NCBI GenBank assembly: GCA_041678455.1
Contig: JBAYOH010000001.1
Location: 7,387-71,386 of the forward strand
Direction of reading: 5' to 3'
From: Methanofastidiosum sp.
GTDB lineage: Archaea > Methanobacteriota_B > Thermococci > Methanofastidiosales > Methanofastidiosaceae
DNA: 64,000 bases
The notes beneath the pieces were generated by a model. That model had not been told where the DNA came from, made no database searches, and was given only the letters and a program-made list of their open reading frames with translations. The position numbers were made by a program, and so were the translations under genes. Below, piece by piece: positions 47,182-57,159 of the stretch; the stretch's first letter is position 1, and the number at the start of each line of letters is the position of its first letter.

Positions 47182-48721
47182 GGTTTCTCTGTGCCTGAAG
47201 ATTTTTGCTCCTGTTCTGCTTCTCCCATTCTTCTAGAGGAATTGCATACTGCTTTTCAATTCTTTCCCTGTGGAGACTATTGTAGGTACAGAATGGGATA
47301 ACTTTTCCACCTGGCACTGCATAATGTATGGCGCATCTTTTTACCCGCTCGACATCAAAGTTGTAGGGATCCTGGAAGTGCATACATCCGATCAACAATG
47401 TGTTATAACTAAATTCTGCAAGGGTGTCGACATCCCCCTCCTTCAACACGCCCAGTAATAGTTTCTTTATATCTAAGTTCTTTGGCTTCCTCTTTAAATC
47501 AATTAAATGAGGTAATTCTCTTGTTATCTTTGCGATAGCAAGTGTCTTAGTTATCTTTCCACCGTCATCTACCTTTTCTGTCAAATCATCTAATAATCCA
47601 AAGAATCCATCAACATCAATGAAGTGAGTAATTGGTGTTATTCCTCCATCATCATCAATAAATACATAGGTCGCCACACCACAATGCTCGTGGCATGTAA
47701 ACTTTACCTGGGGAGTCTTTCTCCATGCTTCAATGAAATTTGAAAAAGCATTTACACTGGGTGCTGAGTAGAAATCTTCAGCAAGGATTTCTCCATTTGT
47801 CTGCTCCTCAACAAGTTTAACGAAATCAGGTATTGTAATCCTCATCTTTTCAAGGTCTTCTCTATCAATTCTACCTGAGAATGAAACAGGCTGGAAGTTA
47901 ATACCTCTAATAATATCGATATTTTTAATACCAAATTGGATTAAATCACTTACTTGGTCATCATTTATCCCTCTTACAAGTGTAGGCACCAAAACAACAC
48001 TTGTCAAATTGGCTTTTCTGAAATTATCCATTGCTTGAAGTTTAATTGGGAGCGCATTGAATCCTCTAGCAGCGATGTATGGTTTTTCTGTTATGCCATC
48101 AAATTGCAAGTAAACTGTATTAAGTCCTTTCTGCCTAAGTTCTTTACAAAAATCAAGGTCTTTTGCAAGGCGAACCCCGTTAGTTGCAATCTGTGCAAGG
48201 GTAAATCCTAATTTTTTAGCTTCTTGTATAATCTCAGGGAGGTCGTCTCTAATTGTTGGCTCCCCACCTGCAAATTGGACTACCATGCATGGAATTGGCT
48301 TTTCATCCCTTACCAATTTCATCATTTTAATTAGCTCTTCTTTGGATGGCTCAAGAACATACCCTGCTGTCTGAGCATTTGCAAAACATATAGGGCATTT
48401 CATGTTGCATCTGTTGGTGACATCTATATTGCAAAGTACTGTTGGGGTAAAGTGCTCTGGGCAAAGGCCACAGTCGTTTGGACATCCTTTCTTGACTTCT
48501 GTGTGCGGATTATCTAGTTTTGACCCATCAACGTGATATTTTTTAACTTTTTTGAACATTTCATAATCTGACCAATAAATATCCTGAAAATTGCCATGCT
48601 CAGCACAGGTCTTTTTTATAAGCACCTTGCCCATATCCTCAACTATATCGGCATCGATGATACTAAAACATACAGGGCATATTGATTTTGTTTTATCTAT
48701 TAATTCTGACACATAAATCAC
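47150..48721 (-). CDS. Radical SAM protein with an N-terminal Zn-ribbon, resembling tetraether lipid synthase (Tes/GDGT-MAS family)
   Basis: 523 aa. CPVCFS...C Zn-ribbon, CX3CX2C at CNMKCPICF, further Cys clusters and a large C-terminal domain. Sits beside the mevalonate/POR genes. Its 3' end overlaps nfo convergently by 32 nt. Confidence 0.55.
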   Translation of the reverse strand: MIYVSELIDKTKSICPVCFSIIDADIVEDMGKVLIKKTCAEHGNFQDIYWSDYEMFKKVKKYHVDGSKLDNPHTEVKKGCPNDCGLCPEHFTPTVLCNIDVTNRCNMKCPICFANAQTAGYVLEPSKEELIKMMKLVRDEKPIPCMVVQFAGGEPTIRDDLPEIIQEAKKLGFTLAQIATNGVRLAKDLDFCKELRQKGLNTVYLQFDGITEKPYIAARGFNALPIKLQAMDNFRKANLTSVVLVPTLVRGINDDQVSDLIQFGIKNIDIIRGINFQPVSFSGRIDREDLEKMRITIPDFVKLVEEQTNGEILAEDFYSAPSVNAFSNFIEAWRKTPQVKFTCHEHCGVATYVFIDDDGGITPITHFIDVDGFFGLLDDLTEKVDDGGKITKTLAIAKITRELPHLIDLKRKPKNLDIKKLLLGVLKEGDVDTLAEFSYNTLLIGCMHFQDPYNFDVERVKRCAIHYAVPGGKVIPFCTYNSLHRERIEKQYAIPLEEWEKQNRSKNLQAQRNLKSLSFPSKK

Positions 48722-48820
48722 CGGTAAATATAATAGGGTATCCTAAAATTATATTTAAAAGCTTTTGCGTAATATTTTTTATATCAATCATTATATTTTT
48801 ATATAATTAAAATAAAAAAA

Positions 48821-49363
48821 CTATAACGATTTATTTACTATTCTGACATTTTTCTTGCCAGCCTCGAATGCATTGAGATTCAAATCAAGCATTTTTGGTA
48901 TACTGTCCTTTATTGATTCGATCATGGCATCGTGCGAGATGAGATTACATATCTCATTGAATGCTCCAAGCATCACGATATTTGCAACAATCTTTGTCCC
49001 TAATTCTGATGCAATCCTAGTTGCGTTTACTTCTGCAAGTTTGAAGTTACCTTCTACCTTATTATCTGGTATTAGCTCTGGATCATAAATAATAATGCCT
49101 TCTCTTTTAGTCCTTGAAGCATACTTAAAGAATGCTTCTTGGCTCATTATTATAGAAACTGAGGCAGATTCTACTTTTGGGTAGTCAATCTCCTCATCAG
49201 AGACAACTACCTCCGAACGTGTCGAGCCTCCCCTTGCCTCCGGTCCATAAGACTGCGTCTGGACTGCATTGAAACCTTCAAATACGGCAGCCTTGCCAAC
49301 GATAACACCGGAGAGTATGATCCCTTGGCCGCCAAATCCACTTATCCTTATACCTGCCTTCAT
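48821..49363 (-). CDS. porG: 2-oxoacid:ferredoxin oxidoreductase gamma subunit
   Basis: 180 aa. Gamma-subunit fold with the GFGGQGI motif. Confidence 0.85.
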   Translation of the reverse strand: MKAGIRISGFGGQGIILSGVIVGKAAVFEGFNAVQTQSYGPEARGGSTRSEVVVSDEEIDYPKVESASVSIIMSQEAFFKYASRTKREGIIIYDPELIPDNKVEGNFKLAEVNATRIASELGTKIVANIVMLGAFNEICNLISHDAMIESIKDSIPKMLDLNLNAFEAGKKNVRIVNKSL

Positions 49364-50187
49364 TTTAATTCACCGCAGAATTTTTTATACTTGGTGTTAA
49401 AGTCTTCTTTTTCAATGTCAACGAGTTCCCCTATCAACATCTTATCGGTAGTTTTCCCTTCGGCCAACATTTTTTCATAAAGTTTGACGTTGATTGTTGA
49501 TTCCTTGAAATGTTTTGTCATGTCAAGAGCCGTTCCCATCTTGTTAAGTCTGCCATATGATGTTGGGCATGGAGATAAAACTTCGACAAAAGAGAATCCA
49601 TTTTTTTGGATGGCCTTTTTCATTGAATTTATGCACTGGACAGGATGCGCAGTGGTCCATCTGGCTACATATGGTGCACCTATTACCTTTGCCGTCATTG
49701 AAAGATCAATAGGATATTCAATGTTCCCATAGGGAGTTGTTGTTGTCTTTGATTTTAGAGGCGTTGTTGGTGCCGCCTGCCCTCCTGTCATCCCGTATAT
49801 GAAATTATTTATTGAAATAACAGTAATATTTACATTTCTCCTTATCGCATGTAGAAAATGATTTCCCCCGATGGCACCACAGTCCCCATCTCCTGTAAAA
49901 ACTATGACCTTTAATTCTGGATTTGCAAGTTTTACCCCTGTTGCATAAGCGATTGCCCTTCCGTGCAGGGAATGCAGACCATCAGAATAGATATATCCAG
50001 GTACACGCGATGAGCATCCTATCCCCGACACAAAAACAGTCTTATTCATATCAATGTTAAGATCATGAATCGCACGAAGGGAAAAGTTCATTACACTCCC
50101 TATCCCACAACCGGTACAAAATATTGTTGGGAGCATATCTTTCCTAAGGTACTTATCTATGATGATATCATTAGAAATAAAGCTCAT
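49360..50187 (-). CDS. porB: 2-oxoacid:ferredoxin oxidoreductase beta subunit (TPP-binding)
   Basis: 275 aa. CPGCG-like CTGCGIGS and GDGD..AIGGNH TPP motif. Confidence 0.9.
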   Translation of the reverse strand: MSFISNDIIIDKYLRKDMLPTIFCTGCGIGSVMNFSLRAIHDLNIDMNKTVFVSGIGCSSRVPGYIYSDGLHSLHGRAIAYATGVKLANPELKVIVFTGDGDCGAIGGNHFLHAIRRNVNITVISINNFIYGMTGGQAAPTTPLKSKTTTTPYGNIEYPIDLSMTAKVIGAPYVARWTTAHPVQCINSMKKAIQKNGFSFVEVLSPCPTSYGRLNKMGTALDMTKHFKESTINVKLYEKMLAEGKTTDKMLIGELVDIEKEDFNTKYKKFCGELK

Positions 50188-51379
50188 TTTTTATCTCCTC
50201 TATAAATTTCAAGATATCGTAAGGCGTATGGATTGCACCGCCAATCTTTGGTGCAGAAATAACTTTAGTATCCTTGCCAACGATTTCTCGGATGGGGTGA
50301 ACCATCTGTCCAAGGTTCATCTCTGGAACAATAACTGTGTGGGCATTTTTTAAAAGCTCCTTCATCTTTTCATAGTGGAAAGGCCAGATTGTTATAAGCC
50401 TGATATGGCCTACCTTTATGTCATTCTTTCTGGCCATCTTGACAGCGCTTACAGCCGATCTTGAAGTTGTACCGTATGAGACAACAATGATTTCCGCATC
50501 TTCAAGAAATGAAGCTTCATGGTACCATATAATATCTATATCATCCTGAACTTTTTCAATTAATCTTCTGACAAGTTCCTCATGCACTTCAGCAGATGTC
50601 GTAACAGGGAAACCCCTCTTGTCGTGTGTGAGCCCTGTGACATATGTCCTATAGCCTGAACCGAAGGGTGCGAATTCAGGAACTTTTGAATTTCTTGTGA
50701 ATCCAGTTCTATATGGCCTATATTTATCGGGCCCTATTGTGGCAGGGACCCTTTCACCTACCTTGACATTTATTATTTCAGGCAAAACTACTTTTTCCCT
50801 CATATGGCCTATTTCAGCATCCAATAGCAGAATGACTGGAACCCTATAATCTTCAGATAAATTAAACGCTTCAATAGTCAGATCAAGTGTTTCCTGGACT
50901 GATTTTGGTGCAAGTGCGATTATCTGGTGATCACCGTGTGTACCCCACATTGCCTGCATTACATCACCCTGGGCTGCTTCTGTGGGCTGGCCTGTACTTG
51001 GGCCGCCTCTCTGAACATTTACGATGACACAAGGAATTTCTGCCATGCATGAATAACCTATGCACTCCTGCATTAGTGAAAATCCAGGGCCACTTGTTGC
51101 TGTCATTGACTTTACCCCTGTACATGATGCCCCGATAACTGCAGCTATACTCGCTATCTCATCCTCCATCTGGACATAAACGCCACCAAGTCTTGGCATC
51201 CACAATGCCATGCCCTCGGCTACTTCAGTCGCCGGTGTGATAGGGTAGCCTGCAAAAAATCTGCAGTCTGCGATTAACGCACCATAAACAACGGCATCAT
51301 CACCCTGTATGAAAAGATTCTTTTTACCTAGAAGCCTAATAATGTCATTTGTCATCTTTATCCTCCACAATAATTGCAA
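50171..51379 (-). CDS. porA: 2-oxoacid:ferredoxin oxidoreductase alpha subunit
   Basis: 402 aa. Alpha-subunit family domains I and III. Confidence 0.9.
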   Translation of the reverse strand: MQLLWRIKMTNDIIRLLGKKNLFIQGDDAVVYGALIADCRFFAGYPITPATEVAEGMALWMPRLGGVYVQMEDEIASIAAVIGASCTGVKSMTATSGPGFSLMQECIGYSCMAEIPCVIVNVQRGGPSTGQPTEAAQGDVMQAMWGTHGDHQIIALAPKSVQETLDLTIEAFNLSEDYRVPVILLLDAEIGHMREKVVLPEIINVKVGERVPATIGPDKYRPYRTGFTRNSKVPEFAPFGSGYRTYVTGLTHDKRGFPVTTSAEVHEELVRRLIEKVQDDIDIIWYHEASFLEDAEIIVVSYGTTSRSAVSAVKMARKNDIKVGHIRLITIWPFHYEKMKELLKNAHTVIVPEMNLGQMVHPIREIVGKDTKVISAPKIGGAIHTPYDILKFIEEIKNELYF

Positions 51380-51566
51380 AGTCAGGACACATCAATTCGC
51401 ATAAGTGGCATTTGATACAATTTTCAGGGTACTTTACTTCCGGAGGGAATACTCCTTTTTTGCTTAGTTTTTCAGACTTTACATAAACTTTTTTTGGGCA
51501 GTATTCCATACACAAAAGACACCCCTTGCAATAGTTTGTGTTAACATGAATCAAAAGAATCACCAT
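51345..51566 (-). CDS. porD: 2-oxoacid:ferredoxin oxidoreductase delta subunit (2x[4Fe-4S] ferredoxin)
   Basis: 73 aa with two CxxCxxCxxxCP motifs. Confidence 0.85.
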   Translation of the reverse strand: MVILLIHVNTNYCKGCLLCMEYCPKKVYVKSEKLSKKGVFPPEVKYPENCIKCHLCELMCPDFAIIVEDKDDK

Positions 51567-51672
51567 AATAATGTAAAAAAGAAATTCAAATCTTTTATAA
51601 AGGTTATCATTAAATGATTATTTCAACATAAGAAAGAAAAATAATAGGACATTTGTTCAATAAACAATGCTT

Positions 51673-52890
51673 TTATCGTCCATATTCTATATGCGCCTTT
51701 GCAAGATGCCTCGCTGAAAGTGCTCCAATGAGGGATATCTCACCAGCTAAAACTGTTGCGGCACATATCTCTGAAAATGCCTTGGAGTTGTCACCACTAT
51801 TCTTCCCGCCACCTGAAATACCGAGTATATCGAGTGCTTCTTTTTGAGTTTCAATCTTAGTACCCCCGCCAACAGTTGCAACTTCAAGAGAGGGTAGTGT
51901 AACGGCAAAGTAGATGCCATTTTTATCCTCTTCAACTGTTGTAAATCCCTGACTCCCTTCTACTACCTGGGCAATATCCTGGCCAGTAGCAAGAAAGATT
52001 GCAGCTAAAATATTTGCAAAATGGGCGTTAAATCCGTAAGAACCGGCTTGCGCTGAACCTAAGAGGTTCTTCCTATAGTTTACATCTATTAATGTATTTG
52101 CGTCTGTCTTAAGTTTGGTTTGGATTACTTTATGTGGTATCACAACTTCAGCTGTAATACTTTTGCCCCTCCCCTCAATTAGGTTTATAGCTGAAGATTT
52201 TTTATCGGTGCAAATGTTTCCTGAAAGTGAAACACACTTTGCCTCTGGGATTTTTTCTTCAATAAGTTTCAATGCAGCATCCGTTCCAATTGTAACCCCG
52301 TTCATACCCATGGAGTCTCCTGTGTCATAGATGAATCTTAAAAAAAGATTTCTACCTACAAGGTAAGGAACTATCTTCTCAAGCTTTCTAAATCTTGAAT
52401 CTTTTTCTGCTTCCTTTTTAATTTCGTCAAAGTTATTCTTGAGGTACTCATTTATTTTGTAAAAATCTCTGGAGGAGTTTAATCTTAGAACTGGTGCCCT
52501 TGTCATGCCATTTCTAAATATTGTTGTTACGGCTCCACCTGAAGAAGTAATAACAGAAGCGCCCCTATTGGTACTTGCAAGAAGTGCCCCTTCTGACGTT
52601 GCCATGGGGGTATAAAACTCGCCATTGGCATAATTACCATTGACCTTTAAGGGGCCTATAACTCCAATTGGGACTTGAACTGCACCAATCATGTTTTCTA
52701 TGTTCTTACCAAAAAGATTGTCAGGATTAAGAGAGTACCTGCCGATATGATCGAGAGTAACATTTTTTATTTTCTTAATTACCTCTCTTCTTATTTCCAC
52801 TGCTTCTTTTGGAGTTTTAGTGAAATTTTCAATCTGGTATATCTTTATCTTGCCATTGATTACCTTGTTCAAAATCTCTTCTTTTTCCAT
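51673..52890 (-). CDS. hmgA: HMG-CoA reductase (class I)
   Basis: 405 aa. Class-I HMGR family (~405 aa) placed as the last gene of the thiolase/HMGCS/DUF35 mevalonate operon; family assigned by overall similarity, no diagnostic motif is cited. Confidence 0.9.
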   Translation of the reverse strand: MEKEEILNKVINGKIKIYQIENFTKTPKEAVEIRREVIKKIKNVTLDHIGRYSLNPDNLFGKNIENMIGAVQVPIGVIGPLKVNGNYANGEFYTPMATSEGALLASTNRGASVITSSGGAVTTIFRNGMTRAPVLRLNSSRDFYKINEYLKNNFDEIKKEAEKDSRFRKLEKIVPYLVGRNLFLRFIYDTGDSMGMNGVTIGTDAALKLIEEKIPEAKCVSLSGNICTDKKSSAINLIEGRGKSITAEVVIPHKVIQTKLKTDANTLIDVNYRKNLLGSAQAGSYGFNAHFANILAAIFLATGQDIAQVVEGSQGFTTVEEDKNGIYFAVTLPSLEVATVGGGTKIETQKEALDILGISGGGKNSGDNSKAFSEICAATVLAGEISLIGALSARHLAKAHIEYGR

Positions 52891-52899
52891 TTAAATCTC

Positions 52900-53307
52900 T
52901 CATGGGTGAGCATATTCAACTATTGGTCTGAATTTGTAGCCATAGCATAATAATCCGGCTTCGTTATATTCCATTATCTTTCTTGTGACCATTTCAACTT
53001 TCATTCCAATCTCAAGTTCTTCTGCTCTGGCATCAGTTATCTGGGCAGTTATAACTGGCCCTTCCATAAGTTCTATCAAGGCAGCTGCAAATGGCATGTT
53101 GTATTTATGCTCCTTTGGGGGGCTGTTGGTATTTGTAAAAGAAATGATCTTCCCTCTTCCGATGAATTGGTAATCCTCACAGTTTCTACTCCTGCATTTG
53201 GGGCATACATTCCTATATGGAAACGACAATTTTTCACAATCCTTGCACTTTGAACCGACAAGCCTATATCTCCTAATCTGCTCTCGCCAGTGTCTTGGTA
53301 CATCCAT
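52900..53307 (-). CDS. DUF35 OB-fold/Zn-ribbon protein of the thiolase-HMGCS complex
   Basis: CKDCEKLSFPYRNVCPKC Zn-ribbon. Start moved to the internal ATG 53307 (MDVPRHW), which leaves a 1-nt gap to the thiolase stop. Confidence 0.8.
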   Translation of the reverse strand: MDVPRHWREQIRRYRLVGSKCKDCEKLSFPYRNVCPKCRSRNCEDYQFIGRGKIISFTNTNSPPKEHKYNMPFAAALIELMEGPVITAQITDARAEELEIGMKVEMVTRKIMEYNEAGLLCYGYKFRPIVEYAHP

Positions 53308-53308
53308 C

Positions 53309-54457
53309 CTAATCACCCCTCTCAAGCACAGATACGGATATCGTTGCTCCGCTGCCACCTATATTCTCGGCCAATCCTCTTTCGGCATCAACTCTACCAT
53401 CCCCTCTAAGGCTACAAACTAGCTCTCCTATTTGATAGACACCAGTTGCTCCTACAGGATGTCCTCTTGCTTTAAGACCTCCATAAAGATTTATCGGGAG
53501 GTCTCCGCCGATATAATGCTGACCTTCTAATGCCATCTTTGTACCTTCTCCTTTCTTTGCAAATCCCATATCCTCAATTGAAAGTGCGCTCATTATAGAA
53601 AATGCATCGTGGATTTCGGCTATGTCAATATCCTTTGGAGTAACGCCCGCCATTTTGTATGCCTTCTTACTTGCCTCGACTGCTGCTGAAAGAGTTGTGA
53701 TGTGCTTTCTGTCATGTACGCCTAATGTATCCGTAGCAATTCCAACACCAGACACAATAATTGGGGTGTCAGTGAACTCTCTAGCTTTTTTTTCAGCACA
53801 TAGGATTACAGATGCAGAGCCGTCACATATAGGGGCACAATCCATAAGTGATAGTGGATCGGATATTATTGGGGAATTCATTACAGTTTCAAGAGTAATT
53901 TCTTTTCTGTACATTGCATGTTTACTGAAAGGCGCATTCTTGTGAGATATAACAGGAAATATTGAAAGTTCTTCCCTTTTTACGTTAAATTCATACATAT
54001 AACGCTTCATTACAAGAGCATTTAGAGCTACAAATGAAACACCGTGAAATGCCTCATAGTCTCTATCCGAAGCATTTGCAAGAATTGAAGTTGTCCTTGA
54101 TGGAAGAACGTCCGTCATCTTTTCAACGCCAGTGACAAGAACATAATCATACAACCCTGATTTTACAGCCATATATCCTTCAATGAATGCAGCGCCCCCT
54201 GACCCACAGGCTGCCTCAACTTTGACGGCGGGTATAGATCCAAGCCCAGCAAAATCTGCAATCATGGCACCAATGTGTTCCTGCTCTACGAAAGGCCCAG
54301 ATGACATGTTTCCAACATAAAGTGCATCCACTTTGTCTACACCACTATCTTCAAATGCCATCCATATGGACTCTGTTGCAAGGTCTCTCAATGACTTTTC
54401 CCATAGCTCTCCGACTTTTCCCAGTCCAACACCTATTACGGCAACGTTATCATCCAT
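53309..54457 (-). CDS. Acetyl-CoA acetyltransferase (archaeal thiolase)
   Basis: 382 aa. Thiolase family with the catalytic Cys in AACGSGGAA. Confidence 0.9.
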   Translation of the reverse strand: MDDNVAVIGVGLGKVGELWEKSLRDLATESIWMAFEDSGVDKVDALYVGNMSSGPFVEQEHIGAMIADFAGLGSIPAVKVEAACGSGGAAFIEGYMAVKSGLYDYVLVTGVEKMTDVLPSRTTSILANASDRDYEAFHGVSFVALNALVMKRYMYEFNVKREELSIFPVISHKNAPFSKHAMYRKEITLETVMNSPIISDPLSLMDCAPICDGSASVILCAEKKAREFTDTPIIVSGVGIATDTLGVHDRKHITTLSAAVEASKKAYKMAGVTPKDIDIAEIHDAFSIMSALSIEDMGFAKKGEGTKMALEGQHYIGGDLPINLYGGLKARGHPVGATGVYQIGELVCSLRGDGRVDAERGLAENIGGSGATISVSVLERGD

Positions 54458-54461
54458 TTGC

Positions 54462-55505
54462 TCACATCCTTATCTTCTTTCTATACCTTGCATAACGTGC
54501 ATAGTCAATCTCTTCTCTTCTTTCTATATATGATTTGACTGAAGGGGCCTCCACCTTTCTATCTGCAAGTTTGTCAGTTACTTTAAGTGAAAATGAATCG
54601 CTTCCTGCTCCAGAGCCATAAGATGTACAGAATATCCTATCCCCCTCTTTAGCCTTGTCTAGAACTGCGGCAAGGCCCAGAAGTGCGGAACCGGCATATG
54701 TATTACCTATGTAAGGTGAAATTAGGCCATCAATAACTTTCTCCTTGGAAAATCCAAGTATTTTTGCAACTTCAAGCGGGAACTTTCTGTTTGGTTGATG
54801 GAAGACGGCATAATTGTAATCATCAGGTTTTGTTCCAAGTTCTTCCATGAGGGCTTTTGAGCAACTTATAACATGCCTAAAGTAGGACGGTTCTCCGGTG
54901 AATCTGTTACCGTGCTTTGGGTAATGCTCATACTGCCTCCTCCAAAAGTCAGGAGTATCGGTGACATAGGAGAGTGAGCCTTCAACTACGGCAAGGCTTT
55001 CCTTGGCACTTCCAATAATGTATCCAGCACCCCCGGCGGCTGCGGTATATTCAAGTGCATCACTTGGCGCCCCCTGGGCGGTATCGACGCCTATGCCAAG
55101 GGCATACTTTGCCATACCAGAGCCAACATAGGCTATGCATGCTTGAACTGTTTCGCTCCCAGCTTTGCACGCAAACTCCCAGTCCGCTGCACTAACAAAT
55201 GGTGTGGCTGCAATAGCTTCTGCCACTATTGTAGAAGTCGGTTTTACAGCATATGGCTTGGATTCAGTTCCGACCCATACTGAGCTCAACTCTTTTGGAT
55301 TTATGCCAGCCCTCATTAGGGCATTTCTAGCTATTTCAATGGCTATTGTGACAGAATCCTCATCTGCGCCTGGCACTGACTTTTCTCTAATTGGTACGAG
55401 ATTCGGATCATTTCCCCAAACTCTTGCAATTTCCGTACTCTGTATCCTATATTTTGGGATATAAGCACCATAACCTACAATACCTACAGACTTACTAGGC
55501 TTCAT
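54462..55505 (-). CDS. HMG-CoA synthase (archaeal)
   Basis: 347 aa. The archaeal HMGCS family always precedes thiolase and DUF35. Confidence 0.9.
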   Translation of the reverse strand: MKPSKSVGIVGYGAYIPKYRIQSTEIARVWGNDPNLVPIREKSVPGADEDSVTIAIEIARNALMRAGINPKELSSVWVGTESKPYAVKPTSTIVAEAIAATPFVSAADWEFACKAGSETVQACIAYVGSGMAKYALGIGVDTAQGAPSDALEYTAAAGGAGYIIGSAKESLAVVEGSLSYVTDTPDFWRRQYEHYPKHGNRFTGEPSYFRHVISCSKALMEELGTKPDDYNYAVFHQPNRKFPLEVAKILGFSKEKVIDGLISPYIGNTYAGSALLGLAAVLDKAKEGDRIFCTSYGSGAGSDSFSLKVTDKLADRKVEAPSVKSYIERREEIDYARYARYRKKIRM

Positions 55506-55635
55506 TAAATTCCTCCTCTTAACAAAGACTATTTACAATATATAAAAGAGATATAATCGGTATGATGTACTAGATGGAAAATGAAATGTATATAAATATT
55601 TCGGTATTAGTGAAATATCCTATCGGCAAGAAACG

Positions 55636-57159
55636 TCATTTCTTCATTTCTTTTATGTAAATTGACTTTTCCTTGTTGAAATCAATTTTTACCTTATCAA
55701 GATCGATTTTACCAACGAGATTTGTGCCGTCAAACTCCTCGCCAGTCGGGCCGTATGCCTTATCTTCCTTTAATCTAACACCTATCAGCCCCTTATGCTG
55801 CCTTGACATGTTTGTGACCCCAACATCCCCTCTCTTTGACACTTCAAGAGGCGTATTCTCAGGTGTCAATGCACCAGCCTCAACACCGCCCCCTTCAAAT
55901 GCTACAAGAGAAACGCTGGGATGTGCAAACTGAATATCAAGCTTGCCAATAGGTTTGTTGATAAGGCCCGTAATCTTCCTGAAATACTTTACCGTATTTG
56001 CGGCTACATCTTGGTAGAGCTCAATTTCAATAATGTTATTTCTATCGATGCCTAAAGTTTTGGCCGATTTATTTTTTAGAACTTCAGCGGTATATGGTGG
56101 CTCCTGCTCTACTATAAGAGCGTCGTCAGATGTATCGCCCATTCTTTCCTGTTTGATGCCTTCTTCCTTAAGCTTTTCTTCAGCTTCTTTCTGAGTAAGC
56201 CCAAGAAGGGATAGACTTAGAGGTATAGTCTTAACTGCAATCTTGTCTCCTTTTTTTAACATCTCAATTAACTCTGACCCCAAGACAATCATACCGGCAA
56301 CGGAGTGATTTGGCGTTGTAATTCTTTCCTTTTTGTAGATATAGACTGCACCTGTGTCCTTGCCTTCAGTTCTGACTGAAACAGAGTTTCTTTTTCTTAG
56401 ATTGGAATTTTCATTTTGTACGTCAAAACCTATCAAACTCTGTGAAGCCACATAAGATTCATTTACATCATCAACAATCATTTGGCCATCTCTGGTAAGT
56501 GAGAATATGTGCTCCATCGCCATAGGGGCATTATCCTGAAGTTTAATTTTGATATGGGTGAATATTCTTTCCCCTTTCTTTGGCTTATAGGAGATATCAG
56601 TTGTAGTTTCAAAGTCTTTCTCGACTGTGAAAACTTCAACTGGCTCAATTGATATTATCACATCTCCCTCTTCTATCAAAGCTATGACATGCCTCCCTTG
56701 AGTAATTTTCCCGAGAGTGTTCTTAGACCCATAGCTGCCTTTCTGTGTCTTTTTAGAAAGGGTAACATATGTGGTGTTATTATCAAATCCGGCAAGGGTG
56801 AAAAAAACATCCCATGGGGCATAGATCTGCTCCTCCTTTGTAGGCGTTAAATCAGTAGGGACTGAGCCTATCGCAATAAGTGTTGAAGTCTTCCATCTAA
56901 CGCCCTTTTTTTCAAACTGTTTTGATATTTCCTTAAATAGCCTTCCCTCTTCAGTATCATTGATTTTAATAACAAAAGAGCCTTTAGTAGTTTTAACGAG
57001 AAACTCATCAAGGTATGAGGATGTCTCCTTCTCCTTCTTTATTACCCCAATTGTAGTTCCTTTTATGTAAGAGATATTATTATCAGAAAAGATTTCCTTT
57101 AATGAAGCCCCATCCTTTGCCTCAATCTTATTGCCATCAATTTCAATCTGCATGATCAT
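55636..57159 (-). CDS. Conserved hypothetical protein (507 aa, no P-loop), co-operonic with the HerA-like ATPase
   Basis: 4-nt overlap with the upstream ATPase gene. Mixed alpha/beta composition with no recognisable catalytic motif. Confidence 0.5.
   Translation of the reverse strand: MIMQIEIDGNKIEAKDGASLKEIFSDNNISYIKGTTIGVIKKEKETSSYLDEFLVKTTKGSFVIKINDTEEGRLFKEISKQFEKKGVRWKTSTLIAIGSVPTDLTPTKEEQIYAPWDVFFTLAGFDNNTTYVTLSKKTQKGSYGSKNTLGKITQGRHVIALIEEGDVIISIEPVEVFTVEKDFETTTDISYKPKKGERIFTHIKIKLQDNAPMAMEHIFSLTRDGQMIVDDVNESYVASQSLIGFDVQNENSNLRKRNSVSVRTEGKDTGAVYIYKKERITTPNHSVAGMIVLGSELIEMLKKGDKIAVKTIPLSLSLLGLTQKEAEEKLKEEGIKQERMGDTSDDALIVEQEPPYTAEVLKNKSAKTLGIDRNNIIEIELYQDVAANTVKYFRKITGLINKPIGKLDIQFAHPSVSLVAFEGGGVEAGALTPENTPLEVSKRGDVGVTNMSRQHKGLIGVRLKEDKAYGPTGEEFDGTNLVGKIDLDKVKIDFNKEKSIYIKEMKK

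Noticed and set aside
55506-55635. Inverted repeat ATATTTC-N9-GAAATAT and TCGGTAT direct repeats upstream of the HMGCS operon
   Set aside because: Short AT-rich repeats of this kind are expected by chance in a ~33% GC genome; not reported as a regulatory site.
55636-57159. Considered calling the 507-aa protein a methanogenesis-marker-3/UPF0288 or NurA nuclease homolog
   Set aside because: I could not identify any family-specific motif from the sequence alone, and nothing else in the window indicates a methanogen. Left as hypothetical.
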